From Lingula anatina (taxonomy: Eukaryota > Animalia > Brachiopoda): a stretch of 64,000 bases of DNA. Positions within the stretch are counted from its first letter, which is position 1. Every line of letters begins with the position of its first letter. Position numbers and translations under genes: made by a program. Of the stretch, positions 40,030 to 54,144 are shown piece after piece. Under the pieces are notes generated by a model, which ran no database searches, was not told where the DNA came from, and saw only the letters and a list, made by a program, of their open reading frames with translations. Location of the stretch: NCBI GenBank assembly GCA_051362555.1, contig JBPQGU010000016.1, positions 3,844,001 through 3,908,000 of the forward strand, given 5' to 3'.

Positions 40030-43000
40030 GTGTCAGGTAGGTGTGTTCTTTCATTTGTAGTAAGAATAAAGTGCTGGAAGAGTGGTGGTGTCAACATTAA
40101 GGAAGAAATAGAGCAAAAACTCTCTCTCCCCCCCCCCCTCTCAGATTCTGTTCTCAGAGCTTATTTTTGGATCATCTTTAAAGCTAGAATTGGGGGCCTT
40201 GATGAAGAGACCCGGGCGCGTTTCCACATTTTTTATGAATGACAGGTGTGGTAGATTGATTTTCATCACTTTTTGGAAAAATCGGAGACGGGTCGATTTT
40301 TGGTGATTTTGAGTGATTTTGAACAGTGCCGGCACTGTGAGATTTCTTCAATTTTGGCCAGGTAGGGATGAAAATTTTTTTTCTTCATTATAGTGTCAGG
40401 TAGGTGTGTTCAGTCATTTGTAGTAAGAATAAAGTGCTGGAAGAGTGGTGGTGTCAACATTAAGGAAGAAATAGAGCAAAAACTCTCTCTCCCCCCCCCT
40501 CTCAGATTCTGTTCTCAGAGCTTATTTTTGGATCATCTTTAAAGCTAGAATTGGGGGCCTTGATGAAGTGACCCGGGCGCGTGTCCACATTTTTTATAAA
40601 TGACAGGTGTGGTAGAGTGATTTTCGTCACTTTTTGGAAAAATCGGAGACGGGTCGATTTTTGGTGATTTTGAGTGATTTTGAACAGTGCCGGCACTGTG
40701 AGATTTCTTCAATTTTGGCCAGGTAGGGATGAAAATTTTTTTTCTTCATTATAGTGTCAGGTAGGTGTGTTCGGTCATTTGTAGTAAGAATAAAGTGCTG
40801 TAAGAGTGGTGGTGTCAACATTAAGGAAGAAATAGAGCAAAAACTCTCTCTCCCCCCCCCTCTCAGATTCTGTTCTCAGAGCTTATTTTTGGATCATCTT
40901 TAAAGCTTGAATTGGGGGCCTTGATGAAGTGACCCGGGCGCGTTTCCACATTTTTTATGAATGACAGGTGTGGTAGATTGATTTTCGTCACTTTCTGGAA
41001 AAATCGGGGACGGGTCGATTTTTGGTGATTTTGAGTGATTTTGAACAGTGCCGGCACTGTGAGATTTCTTCAATTTTGGCCAGGTAGGGATGAAAATTTT
41101 TTTTCTTCATTATAGTGTCAGGTAGGTGTGTTCGGTCATTTGTAGTAAGAATAAAGTGCTGGAAGAGTGGTGGTGTCAACATTAAGGAAGAAATAGAGCA
41201 AAAACTCTCTCTCCCCCCCCCCCCTCAGATTCTGTTCTCAGAGCTTATTTTTTGATCATCTTTAAAGCTAGAATTGGGGGCCTTGATGAAGTGACCCGGG
41301 CGCGTTTCCACATTTTTTATGAATGACAGGTGTGGTAGATTGATTTTCGTCACTTTTTGGAAAAATCGGAGACGGGTCGATTTTTGGTGATTTTGAGTGA
41401 TTTTGAACAGTGCCGGCACTGTTAGATTTCTTCAATTTTGGCCAGGTAGGGATGAAAATTTTTTTTCTTCATTATAGTGTCAGGTAGGTGTGTTCAGTCA
41501 TTTGTAGTAAGAATAAAGTGCTGTAAGAGTGGTGGTGTCAACATTAAGGAAGAAATAGAGCAAAAACTCTCTCTCCCCCCCTCTCAGATTCTGTTCTCAG
41601 AGCTTATTTTTGGATCATCTTTAAAGCTAGAATTGGGGGCCTTGATGAAGTGACCCGGGCGCTTTTCCACATTTTTTATGAATGACAGGTGTGGTAGATT
41701 GATTTTCGTCACTTTTTGGAAAAATCAGAGACGGGTTGATTTTTGGTGATTTTGAGTGATTTTGAACAGTGCCGGCACTGTGAGATTTCTTCAATTTTGG
41801 CCAGGTAGGGATGAAAATTTTTTTTCTTCATTATAGTGTCAGGTAGGTGTGTTCTTTCATTTGTAGTAAGAATAAAGTGCTGGAAGAGTGGTGGTGTCAA
41901 CATTAAGGAAGAAATAGAGCAAAAACTCTCTCTCCCCCCCCCCTCTCAGATTCTGTTCTCAGAGCTTATTTTTGGATCATCTTTAAAGCTAGAATTGGGG
42001 GCCTTGATGAAGAGACCCGGGCGCGTTTCCACATTTTTTATGAATGACAGGTGTGGTAGATTGATTTTCATCACTTTTTGGAAAAATCGGAGACGGGTCG
42101 ATTTTTGGTGATTTTGAGTGATTTTGAACAGTGCCGGCACTGTGAGATTTCTTCAATTTTGGCCAGGTAGGGATGAAAATTTTTTTTCTTCATTATAGTG
42201 TCAGGTAGGTGTGTTCAGTCATTTGTAGTAAGAATAAAGTGCTGGAAGAGTGGTGGTGTCAACATTAAGGAAGAAATAGAGCAAAAACTCTCTCTCCCCC
42301 ACCCTCTCAGATTCTGTTCTCAGAGCTTATTTTTGGATCATCTTTAAAGCTAGAATTGGGGGCCTTGATGAAGTGACCCGGGCGCGTGTCCACATTTTTT
42401 ATAAATGACAGGTGTGGTAGAGTGATTTTCGTCACTTTTTGGAAAAATCGGAGACGGGTCGATTTTTGGTGATTTTGAGTGATTTTGAACAGTGCCGGCA
42501 CTGTGAGATTTCTTCAATTTTGGCCAGGTAGGGATGAAAATTTTTTTTCTTCATTATAGTGTCAGGTAGGTGTGTTCGGTCATTTGTAGTAAGAATAAAG
42601 TGCTGTAAGAGTGGTGGTGTCAACATTAAGGAAGAAATAGAGCAAAAACTCTCTCTCCCCCCCCTCTCAGATTCTGTTCTCAGAGCTTATTTTTGGATCA
42701 TCTTTAAAGCTTGAATTGGGGGCCTTGATGAAGTGACCCGGGCGCGTTTCCACATTTTTTATGAATGACAGGTGTGGTAGATTGATTTTCGTCACTTTCT
42801 GGAAAAATCGGGGACGGGTCGATTTTTGGTGATTTTGAGTGATTTTGAACAGTGCCGGCACTGTGAGATTTCTTCAATTTTGGCCAGGTAGGGATGAAAA
42901 TTTTTTTTCTTCATTATAGTGTCAGGTAGGTGTGTTCGGTCATTTGTAGTAAGAATAAAGTGCTGGAAGAGTGGTGGTGTCAACATTAAGGAAGAAATAG

Positions 43001-43640
43001 AGCAAAAACTCTCTCTCCCCCCCCCCCTCAGATTCTGTTCTCAGAGCTTATTTTTTGATCATCTTTAAAGCTAGAATTGGGGGCCTTGATGAAGTGACCC
43101 GGGCGCGTTTCCACATTTTTTATGAATGACAGGTGTGGTAGATTGATTTTCGTCACTTTTTGGAAAAATCGGAGACGGGTCGATTTTTGGTGATTTTGAG
43201 TGATTTTGAACAGTGCCGGCACTGTTAGATTTCTTCAATTTTGGCCAGGTAGGGATGAAAATTTTTTTTCTTCATTATAGTGTCAGGTAGGTGTGTTCAG
43301 TCATTTGTAGTAAGAATAAAGTGCTGTAAGAGTGGTGGTGTCAACATTAAGGAAGAAATAGAGCAAAAACTCTCTCTCCCCCCCCTCTCAGATTCTGTTC
43401 TCAGAGCTTATTTTTGGATCATCTTTAAAGCTAGAATTGGGGGCCTTGATGAAGTGACCCGGGCGCTTTTCCACATTTTTTATGAATGACAGGTGTGGTA
43501 GATTGATTTTCGTCACTTTTTGGAAAAATCAGAGACGGGTTGATTTTTGGTGATTTTGAGTGATTTTGAACAGTGCCGGCACTGTGAGATTTCTTCAATT
43601 TTGGCCAGGTAGGGATGAAAATTTTTTTTCTTCATTATAG
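40030..43640. repeat. 5-monomer higher-order repeat x2 (~1805-bp period)
   Basis: Paired variants at 40049/41855, 40208/42013, 40265/42070, 41423/43226 and 41663/43467. Boundaries are approximate. Confidence 0.9.
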
Positions 43641-44117
43641 TGTCAGGTAGGTGTGTTCGGTCATTTGTAGTAAGAATAAAGTGCTGGAAGAGTGGTGGTG
43701 TCAACATTAAGGAAGAAATAGAGCAAAAACTCTCTCTCCCCCCCCCCTCTCAGATTCTGTTCTCAGAGCTTATTTTTGGATCATCTTTAAAGCTAGAATT
43801 GGGGGCCTTGATGAAGTGACCCGGGCGCGTTTCCACATTTTTTATAAATGACAGGTGTGGTAGAGTGATTTTCGTCACTTTTTGGAAAAATCGGAGACGG
43901 GTCGATTTTTGGTGATTTTGAGTGATTTTGAACAGTGCCGGCACTGTGAGATTTCTTCAATTTTGGCCAGGTAGGGATGAAAATTTCTTTTCTTCATTAT
44001 AGTGTCAGGTAGGTGTGTTCGGTCATTTGTAGTAAGAATAAAGTGCTTGAAGAGTGGTGGTGTCAACATTAAGGAAGAAATAGAGCAAAAACTCTCTCTC
44101 CCCCCCCCCCCCCCCTC

Positions 44118-47014
44118 TCAGATTCTGTTCTCAGAGCTTATTTTTGGATCATCTTTAAAGCTAGAATTGGGGGCCTTGATGAAGTGACCCGGGCGCGTTT
44201 CCACATTTTTTATGAATGACAGGTGTGGTAGATTGATTTTCGTCACTTTCTGGAAAAATCGGAGACGGGTCGATTTTTGGTGATTTTGAGTGATTTTGAA
44301 CAGTGCCGGCACTGTGAGATTTCTTCAATTTTGGCCAGGTAGGGATGAAATTTTTTTTTCTTCATTATAGTGTCAGGTAGGTGTGTTTGGTCATTTGTAG
44401 TAAGAATAAAGTGCTGGAAGAGTGGTGGTGTCAACATTAAGGAAGAAATAGAGCAAAAACTCTCTCTCCCCCCCCTCTCAGATTCTGTTCTCAGAACTTA
44501 TTTTTGGATCATATTTAAAGCTAGAATTGGGGGCCTTGATGAAGTGACCCGGGCGCGTTTCCACATTTTTTATAAATGTCAGGTGTGGTAGAGTGATTTT
44601 CGTCACTTTTTGGAAAAATCGGAGACGGGTCGATTTTTGGTGATTTTGAGTGATTTTGAACAGTGCCGGCACTGTGAGATTTCTTCAATTTTGGCCAGGT
44701 AGGGATGAAAATTTTTTTTCTTCATTATAGTGTCAGGTAGGTGTGTTCTTTCATTTGTAGTAAGAATAAAGTGCTGGAAGAGTGGTGGTGTCAACATTAA
44801 GGAAGAAATAGAGCAAAAACTCTCTCTCCCCCCCCCCTCTCAGATTCTGTTCTCAGAGCTTATTTTTGGATCATCTTTAAAGCTAGAATTGGGGGCCTTG
44901 ATGAAGTGACCCGGGCGCGTTTCCACATTTTTTATAAATGACAGGTGTGGTAGAGTGATTTTCGTCACTTTTTGGAAAAATCGGAGACGGGTCGATTTTT
45001 GGTGATTTTGAGTGATTTTGAACAGTGCCGGCACTGTGAGATTTCTTCAATTTTGGCCAGGTAGGGATGAAAATTTTTTTTCTTCATTATAGTGTCAGGT
45101 AGGTGTGTTCTTTCATTTGTAGTAAGAATAAAGTGCTGGAAGAGTGGTGGTGTCAACATTAAGGAAGAAATAGAGCAAAAACTCTCTCTCCCCCCCCCCC
45201 TCTCAGATTCTGTTCTCAGAGCTTATTTTTGGATCATCTTTAAAGCTAGAATTGGGGGCCTTGATGAAGAGACCCGGGCGCGTTTCCACATTTTTTATGA
45301 ATGACAGGTGTGGTAGATTGATTTTCGTCACTTTTTGGAAAAATCGGAGACGGGTCGATTTTTGGTGATTTTGAGTGATTTTGAACAGTGCCGGCACTGT
45401 GAGATTTCTTCAATTTTGGCCAGGTAGGGATGAAAATTTTTTTTCTTCATTATAGTGTCAGGTAGGTGTGTTCGGTCATTTGTAGTAAGAATAAAGTGCT
45501 GGAAGAGTGGTGGTGTCAACATTAAGGAAGAAATAGAGCAAAAACTCTCTCTCCCCCCCCCCCCCTCTCAGATTCTGTTCTCAGAGCTTATTTTTGGATC
45601 ATCTTTAAAGCTAGAATTGGGGGCCTTGATGAAGTGACCCGGGCGCGTTTCCACATTTTTTATGAATGACAGGTGTGGTAGATTGATTTTCGTCACTTTC
45701 TGGAAAAATCGGAGACGGGTCGATTTTTGGTGATTTTGAGTGATTTTGAACAGTGCCGGCACTGTGAGATTTCTTCAATTTTGGCCAGGTAGGGATGAAA
45801 TTTTTTTTTCTTCATTATAGTGTCAGGTAGGTGTGTTCGGTCATTTGTAGTAAGAATAAAGTGCTGGAAGAGTGGTGGTGTCAACATTAAGGAAGAAATA
45901 GAGCAAAAACTCTCTCTCCCCCCCCCCTCTCAGATTCTGTTCTCAGAACTTATTTTTGGATCATATTTAAAGCTAGAATTGGGGGCCTTGATGAAGTGAC
46001 CCGGGCGCGTTTCCACATTTTTTATAAATGACAGGTGTGGTAGAGTGATTTTCGTCACTTTTTGGAAAAATCGGAGACGGGTCGATTTTTGGTGATTTTG
46101 AGTGATTTTGAACAGTGCCGGCACTGTGAGATTTCTTCAATTTTGGCCAGGTAGGGATGAAAATTTTTTTTCTTCATTATAGTGTCAGGTAGGTGTGTTC
46201 TTTCATTTGTAGTAAGAATAAAGTGCTGGAAGAGTGGTGGTGTCAACATTAAGGAAGAAATAGAGCAAAAACTCTCTCTCCCCCCCCCCTCTCAGATTCT
46301 GTTCTCAGAGCTTATTTTTGGATCATCTTTAAAGCTAGAATTGGGGGCCTTGATGAAGTGACCCGGGCGCGTTTCCACATTTTTTATAAATGACAGGTGT
46401 GGTAGAGTGATTTTCGTCACTTTTTGGAAAAATCGGAGACGGGTCGATTTTTGGTGATTTTGAGTGATTTTGAACAGTGCCGGCACTGTGAGATTTCTTC
46501 AATTTTGGCCAGGTAGGGATGAAAATTTTTTTTCTTCATTATAGTGTCAGGTAGGTGTGTTCTTTCATTTGTAGTAAGAATAAAGTGCTGGAAGAGTGGT
46601 GGTGTCAACATTAAGGAAGAAATAGAGCAAAAACTCTCTCTCCCCCCCCCCCTCTCAGATTCTGTTCTCAGAGCTTATTTTTGGATCATCTTTAAAGCTA
46701 GAATTGGGGGCCTTGATGAAGAGACCCGGGCGCGTTTCCACATTTTTTATGAATGACAGGTGTGGTAGATTGATTTTCGTCACTTTTTGGAAAAATCGAA
46801 GACGGGTCGATTTTTGGTGATTTTGAGTGATTTTGAACAGTGCCGGCACTGTGAGATTTCTTCAATTTTGGCCAGGTAGGGATGAAAATTTTTTTTCTTC
46901 ATTATAGTGTCAGGTAGGTGTGTTCGGTCATTTGTAGTAAGAATAAAGTGCTGGAAGAGTGGTGGTGTCAACATTAAGGAAGAAATAGAGCAAAAACTCT
47001 CTCTCCCCCCCCTC
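44118..47014. repeat. 4-monomer higher-order repeat x2 (~1451-bp period)
   Basis: Paired variants at 44250/45700, 44496/45948, 44513/45965 and 45270/46722. Boundaries are approximate. Confidence 0.88.
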
Positions 47015-48101
47015 TCAGATTCTGTTCTCAGAGCTTATTTTTGGATCATCTTTAAAGCTAGAATTGGGGGCCTTGATGAAGTGACCCGGGCGCGTTTCCA
47101 CATTTTTTTGAATGACAGGTGTGGTAGATTGATTTTCGTCACTTTTTGGAAAAATCGGAGACGGGTCGATTTTTGGTGATTTTGAGTGATTTTGAACAGT
47201 GCCGGCACTGTGAGATTTCTTCAATTTTGGCCAGGTAGGGATGAAAATTTTTTTTCTTCATTATAGTGTCAGGTAGGTGTGTTCTTTCATTTGTAGTAAG
47301 AATAAAGTGCTGGAAGAGTGGTGGTGTCAACATTAAGGAAGAAATAGAGCAAAAACTTTCTCTCCCCCCCCCCCTCTCAGATTCTGTTCTCAGAGCTTAT
47401 TTTTGGATCATCTTTAAAGCTAGAATTGGGGGCCTTGATGAAGTGACCCGGGCGCGTTTCCACATTTTTTATAAATGACAGGTGTGGTAGAGTGATTTTC
47501 GTCACTTTTTGGAAAAATCGGAGACGGGTCGATTTTTGGTGATTTTGAGTGATTTTGAACAGTGCCGGCACTGTGAGATTTCTTCAATTTTGGCCAGGTA
47601 GGGATGAAAATTTTTTTTCTTCATTATAGTGTCAGGTAGGTGTGTTCTTTCATTTGTAGTAAGAATAAAGTGCTGGAAGAGTGGTGGTGTCAACATTAAG
47701 GAAGAAATAGAGCAAAAACTCTCTCTCCCCCCCCCCCCTCTCAGATTCTGTTCTCAGAGCTTATTTTTGGATCATCTTTAAAGCTAGTATTGGGGGCCTT
47801 GATGAAGAGACCCGGGCGCGTTTCCACATTTTTTATGAATGACAGGTGTGGTAGATTGATTTTCGTCACTTTTTGGAAAAATCGGAGACGGGTCGATTTT
47901 TGGTGATTTTGAGTGATTTTGAACAGTGCCGGCACTGTGAGATTTCTTCAATTTTGGCCAGGTAGGGATGAAAATTTTTTTTCTTCATTATAGTGTCAGG
48001 TAGGTGTGTTCAGTCATTTGTAGTAAGAATAAAGTGCTGGAAGAGTGGTGGTGTCAACATTAAGGAAGAAATAGAGCAAAAACTCTCTCTCCCCCTCCCT
48101 C

Positions 48102-49380
48102 TCAGATTCTGTTCTCAGAGCTTATTTTTGGATCATCTTTAAAGCTAGAATTGGGGGCCTTGATGAAGTGACCCGGGCGCGTTTCCACATTTTTTTGAAT
48201 GACAGGTGTGGTAGATTGATTTTCGTCACTTTTTGGAAAAATCAGAGACGGGTTGATTTTTGGTGATTTTGAGAGATTTTGAACAGTGCCGGCACTGTGA
48301 GATTTCTTCAATTTTGGCCAGGTAGGGATGAAATTTTTTTTTCTTCATTATAGTGTCAGGTAGGTGTGTTCGGTCATTTGTAGTAAGAATAAAGTGCTGG
48401 AAGAGTGGTGGTGTCAACATTAAGGAAGAAATAGAACAAAAACTCTCTCTCCCCCCCCCCCTCTCAGATTCTGTTCTCAGAGCATATTTTTGGATCATCT
48501 TTAAAGCTAGAATTTGGGGCCTTGATGAAGTGACCCGTGCGCGTTTCCACATTTTTTATGAATGACAGGTGTGGTAGATTGATTTTCGTTACTTTTTGGA
48601 AAAATCGAAGACGGGTCGATTTTTGGTGATTTTGAGTGATTTTGAACAGTGCCGGCACTGTGAGATTTCTTCAATTTTGGCCAGGTAGGGATGAAAATTT
48701 TTTTTCTTCATTATAGTGTCAGGTAGGTGTGTTCGGTCATTTGTAGTAAGAATAAAGTGCTGGAAGAGTGGTGGTGTCAACATTAAGGAAGAAATAGAGC
48801 AAAAACTCTCTCTCCCCCCCCCTCTCAGATTCTGTTCTCAGAGCTTATTTTTGGATCATCTTTAAAGCTAGAATTGGGGGCCTTGATGAAGTGACCCGGG
48901 CGCGTTTCCACATTTTTTTGAATGACAGGTGTGGTAGATTGATTTTCGTCACTTTTTGGAAAAATCAGAGACGGGTTGATTTTTGGTGATTTTGAGTGAT
49001 TTTGAACAGTGCCGGCACTGTGAGATTTCTTCAATTTTGGCCAGGTAGGGATGAAAATTTTTTTCTTCATTATAGTGTCAGGTAGGTGTGTTCGGTCATT
49101 TGTAGTAAGAATAAAGTGCTGGAAGAGTGGTGGTGTCAACATTAAGGAAGAAATAGAACAAAAACTCTCTCTCCCCCCCCCCCTCTCAGATTCTGTTCTC
49201 AGAGCATATTTTTGGATCATCTTTAAAGCTAGAATTTGGGGCCTTGATGAAGTGACCCGTGCGCGTTTCCACATTTTTTATGAATGACAGGTGTGGTAGA
49301 TTGATTTTCGTCACTTTTTGGAAAAATCGGAGACGGGTCGATTTTTGGTGATTTTGAGTGATTTTGAACAGTGCCGGCAC
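48102..49380. repeat. 2-monomer higher-order repeat x2 (~722-bp period)
   Basis: Paired variants at 48436/49158, 48484/49206 and 48538/49260, plus a shared 1-bp deletion (CATTTTTTTGAAT). Boundaries are approximate. Confidence 0.88.
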
Positions 49381-49437
49381 TGTGAGATTTCTTCAATTTT
49401 GGCCAGGTAGGGATGAAAATTTTTTTTCTTCATTATA

Positions 49438-51626
49438 GTGTCAGGTAGGTGTGTTCGGTCATTTGTAGTAAGAATAAAATGCTGGAAGAGTGGTGGTGTC
49501 AACATTAAGGAAGAAATAGAGCAAAAAGTCTCTCTCCCCCCCCCCCCCTCTCAGATTCTGTTCTCAGAGCTTATTTTTGGATCATCTTTAAAGCTAGAAT
49601 TGGGGGCCTTGATGAAGTGACCCGGGCGCGTGTCCACATTTTTTATAAATGACAGGTGTGGTAGAGTGATTTTCGTCACTTTTTGGAAAAATCAGAGACG
49701 GGTCGATTTTTGGTGATTTTGAGTGATTTTGAACAGTGCCGACACTGTGAGATTTCATCAATTTTGGCCAGGTAGGGATGAAAATTTCTTTTCTTCATTA
49801 TAGTGTCAGGTAGGTGTGTTCGGTCATTTGTAGTAAGAATAAAGTGCTGGAAGAGTGGTGGTGTCAACATTAAGGAAGAAATAGAGCAAAAACTCTCTCT
49901 CCCCCCCCCCTCTCAGATTCTGTTCTCAGAGCTTATTTTTGGATCATCTTTAAAGCTAGAATTGGGGGCCTTGATGAAGTGACCCGGGTGCGTTTCCACA
50001 TTTTTTATGAATGACAGGTGTGGTAGATTGATTTTCGTCACTTTGTGGAAAAATCGGAGACGGGTCGAGTTTTGGTGATTTTGAGTGATTTTGAACAGTG
50101 CCGACACTGTGAGATTTCTTCAATTTTGGCCAGGTAGGGATGAAAATTTTTTTTCTTCATTATAGTGTCAGGTAGGTGTGTTCGGTCATTTGTAGTAAGA
50201 ATAAAGTGCTGGAAGAGTGGTGGTGTCAACATTAAGGAAGAAATAGAGCAAAAACTCTCTCTCCCCCCCCCCCCTCTCAGATTCTGTTCTCAGAGCTTAT
50301 TTTTGGATCATCTTTAAAAAGCTAGAATTGGGGGCCTTGATGAAGTGACCCGGGCGCGTTTCCACATTTTTTATGAATGACAGGTGTGGTAGATTGATTT
50401 TCGTCACTTTTTGGAAAAATCGGAGACGGGTCGATTTTTGGTGATTTTGAGTGATTTTGAACAGTGCCGGCACTGTGAGATTTCTTCAATTTTGGCCAGG
50501 TAGGGATGAAAATTTTTTTTCTTCATTATAGTGTCAGGTAGGTGTGTTCGGTCATTTGTAGTAAGAATAAAATGCTGGAAGAGTGGTGGTGTCAACATTA
50601 AGGAAGAAATAGAGCAAAAAGTCTCTCTCCCCCCCCCCCCCCTCTCAGATTCTGTTCTCAGAGCTTATTTTTGGATCATCTTTAAAGCTAGAATTGGGGG
50701 CCTTGATGAAGTGACCCGGGCGCGTGTCCACATTTTTTATAAATGACAGGTGTGGTAGAGTGATTTTCGTCACTTTTTGGAAAAATCAGAGACGGGTCGA
50801 TTTTTGGTGATTTTGAGTGATTTTGAACAGTGCCGACACTGTGAGATTTCATCAATTTTGGCCAGGTAGGGATGAAAATTTCTTTTCTTCATTATAGTGT
50901 CAGGTAGGTGTGTTCGGTCATTTGTAGTAAGAATAAAGTGCTGGAAGAGTGGTGGTGTCAACATTAAGGAAGAAATAGAGCAAAAACTCTCTCTCCCCCC
51001 CCCCCCTCTCAGATTCTGTTCTCAGAGCTTATTTTTGGATCATCTTTAAAGCTAGAATTGGGGGCCTTGATGAAGTGACCCGGGTGCGTTTCCACATTTT
51101 TTATGAATGACAGGTGTGGTAGATTGATTTTCGTCACTTTGTGGAAAAATCGGAGACGGGTCGAGTTTTGGTGATTTTGAGTGATTTTGAACAGTGCCGA
51201 CACTGTGAGATTTCTTCAATTTTGGCCAGGTAGGGATGAAAATTTTTTTTCTTCATTATAGTGTCAGGTAGGTGTGTTCGGTCATTTGTAGTAAGAATAA
51301 AGTGCTGGAAGAGTGGTGGTGTCAACATTAAGGAAGAAATAGAGCAAAAACTCTCTCTCCCCCCCCCCCCTCTCAGATTCTGTTCTCAGAGCTTATTTTT
51401 GGATCATCTTTAAAAAGCTAGAATTGGGGGCCTTGATGAAGTGACCCGGGCGCGTTTCCACATTTTTTATGAATGACAGGTGTGGTAGATTGATTTTCGT
51501 CACTTTTTGGAAAAATCGGAGACGGGTCGATTTTTGGTGATTTTGAGTGATTTTGAACAGTGCCGGCACTGTGAGATTTCTTCAATTTTGGCCAGGTAGG
51601 GATGAAAATTTTTTTTCTTCATTATA
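49438..51626. repeat. 3-monomer higher-order repeat x2 (~1095-bp period)
   Basis: Paired variants at 49479/50572, 49989/51085 and 50045/51141, plus the TTTAAAAAGC insertion in the third monomer of both copies. Confidence 0.9.
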
Positions 51627-54144
51627 GTGTCAGGTAGGTGTGTTCGGTCATTTGTAGTAAGAATAAAGTGCTGGAAGAGTGGTGGTGTCAACATTAAGGA
51701 AGAAATAGAGCAAAAACTCTCTCTCCCCCCCCCCCTCTCAGATTCTGTTCTCAGAGCTTATTTTTGGATCATCTTTAAAGCTAGAATAGGGGGCCTTGAT
51801 GAAGTGACCCGGGCGCGTTTCCACATTTTTTATGAATGACAGGTGTGGTAGATTGATTTTCGTCACTTTTTGGAAAAATCGGAGACGGGTCGATTTTTGG
51901 TGATTTTGAGTGATTTTGAACAGTGCCGGCACTGTGAGATTTCTTCAATTTTGGCCAGGTAGGGATGAAAATTTTTTTTCTTCATTATAGTGTCAGGTAG
52001 GTGTGTTCGGTCATTTGTAGTAAGAATAAAGTGCTGGAAGAGTGGTGGTGTCAACATTAAGGAAGAAATAGAGCAAAAACTCTCTCTCCCCCCCCCCCTC
52101 TCAGATTCTGTTCTCAGAGCTTATTTTTGGATCATCTTTAAAGCTAGAATTGGGGGCCTTGATGAAGTGACCCGGGCGCGTTTCCACATTTTTTATGATT
52201 GACAGGTGTGGTAGATTGATTTTCGTCACTTTTTGGAAAAATCGGAGACGGGTCGATTTTTGGTGATTTTGAGTGATTTTGAACAGTGCCGGCACTGTGA
52301 GATTTCTTCAATTTTGGCCAGGTAGGGATGAAAATTTTTTTCTTCATTATAGTGTCAGGTAGGTGTGTTCGGTCATTTGTAGTAAGAATAAAGTGCTGGA
52401 AGAGTGGTGGTGTCAACATTAAGGAAGAAATAGAGCAAAAACTCTCTCTCCCCCCCCCCTCTCAGATTCTGTTCTCAGAGCTTATTTTTGGATCATCTTT
52501 AAAGCTAGAATTGGGGGCCTTGATGAAGTGACCAGGGCGCGTTTCCACATTTTTTATGAATGACAGGTGTGGTAGATTGATTTTCGTCACTTTTTGGAAA
52601 AATCGGAGACTGGTCGATTTTTGGTGATTTTGAGTGATTTTGAACAGTGCCGGCACTGTGAGATTTCTTCAATTTTGGCCAGGTAGGGATGAAAATTTTT
52701 TTTCTTCATTATAGTGTCAGGTAGGTGTGTTCGGTCATTTGTAGTAAGAATAAAGTGCTGGAAGAGTGGTGGTGTCAACATTAAGGAAGAAAAAGAGCAA
52801 AAACTCTCTCTCCCCCCCCCCCCTCTCAGATTCTGTTCTCAGAGCTTATTTTTGGATCATCTTTAAAGCTAGAATTGGGGGCCTTGATGAAGTGACCCGG
52901 GCGCGTTTCCACATTTTTTATGAATGACAGGTGTGGTAGATTGATTTTCGTCACTTTTTGGAAAAATCGGAGACGGGTCTATTTTTGGTGATTTTGAGTG
53001 ATTTTGAACAGTGCCGGCACTGTGAGATTTCTTCAATTTTGGCCAGGTAGGGATGAAAATTTTTTTTCTTCATTATAGTGTCAGGTAGGTGTGTTCGGTC
53101 ATTTGTAGTAAGAATAAAGTGCTGGAAGAGTGGTGGTGTCAACATTAAGGAAGAAATAGAGCAAAAACTCTCTCTCCCCCCCTCCTCTCAGATTCTGTTC
53201 TCAGAGCTTATTTTTGGATCATCTTTAAAGCTAGAATTGGGGGCCTTGATGAAGTGACCCGGGCGCGTTTCCACATTTTTTATGAATGACAGGTGTGGTA
53301 GATTGATTTTCGTCACTTTTTGGAAAAATCGGAGATGGGTCGATTTTTGGTGATTTTGAGTGATTTTGAACAGTGCCGGCACTGTGAGATTTCTTCAATT
53401 TTGGCCAGGTAGGGATGAAAATTTTTTTTCTTCATTATAGTGTCAGGTAGGTGTGTTCGGTCATTTGTAGTAAGAATAAAGTGCTGGAAGAGTGGTGGTG
53501 TCAACATTAAGGAAGAAATAGAGCAAAAACTCTCTCTCCCCCCCCCCCTCTCAGATTCTGTTCTCAGAGCTTATTTTTGGATCATCTTTAAAAAGCTTGA
53601 ATTGGGGGCCTTGATGAAGTGACCCGGGCGCGTTTCCACATTTTTTATGAATGACAGGTGTGGTAGATTGATTTTCGTCACTTTTTGGAAAAATCGGAGA
53701 CGGGTCGATTTTTGGTGATTTTGAGTGATTTTGAACAGTGCCGACACTGTGAGATTTCTTCAATTTTGGCCAGGTAGGGATGAAAATTTTTTTTCTTCAT
53801 TATAGTGTCAGGTAGGTGTGTTCGGTCATTTGTAGTAAGAATAAAGTGCTGGAAGAGTGGTGGTGTCAACATTAAGGAAGAAATAGAGCAAAAACTCTCT
53901 CTCCCCCCCCCCCTCTCAGATTCTGTTCTCAGAGCTTATTTTTGGATCATCTTTAAAAAGCTAGAATTGGGGGCCTTGATGAAGTGACCCGGGCACGTTT
54001 CCACATTTTTTATGAATGACAGGTGTGGTAGATTGATTTTCGTCACTTTTTGGAAAAATCGGAGACGGGTCGATTTTTGGTGATTTTGAGTGATTTTGAA
54101 CAGTGCCGGCACTGTGAGATTTCTTCAATTCTGGCCAGGTAGGG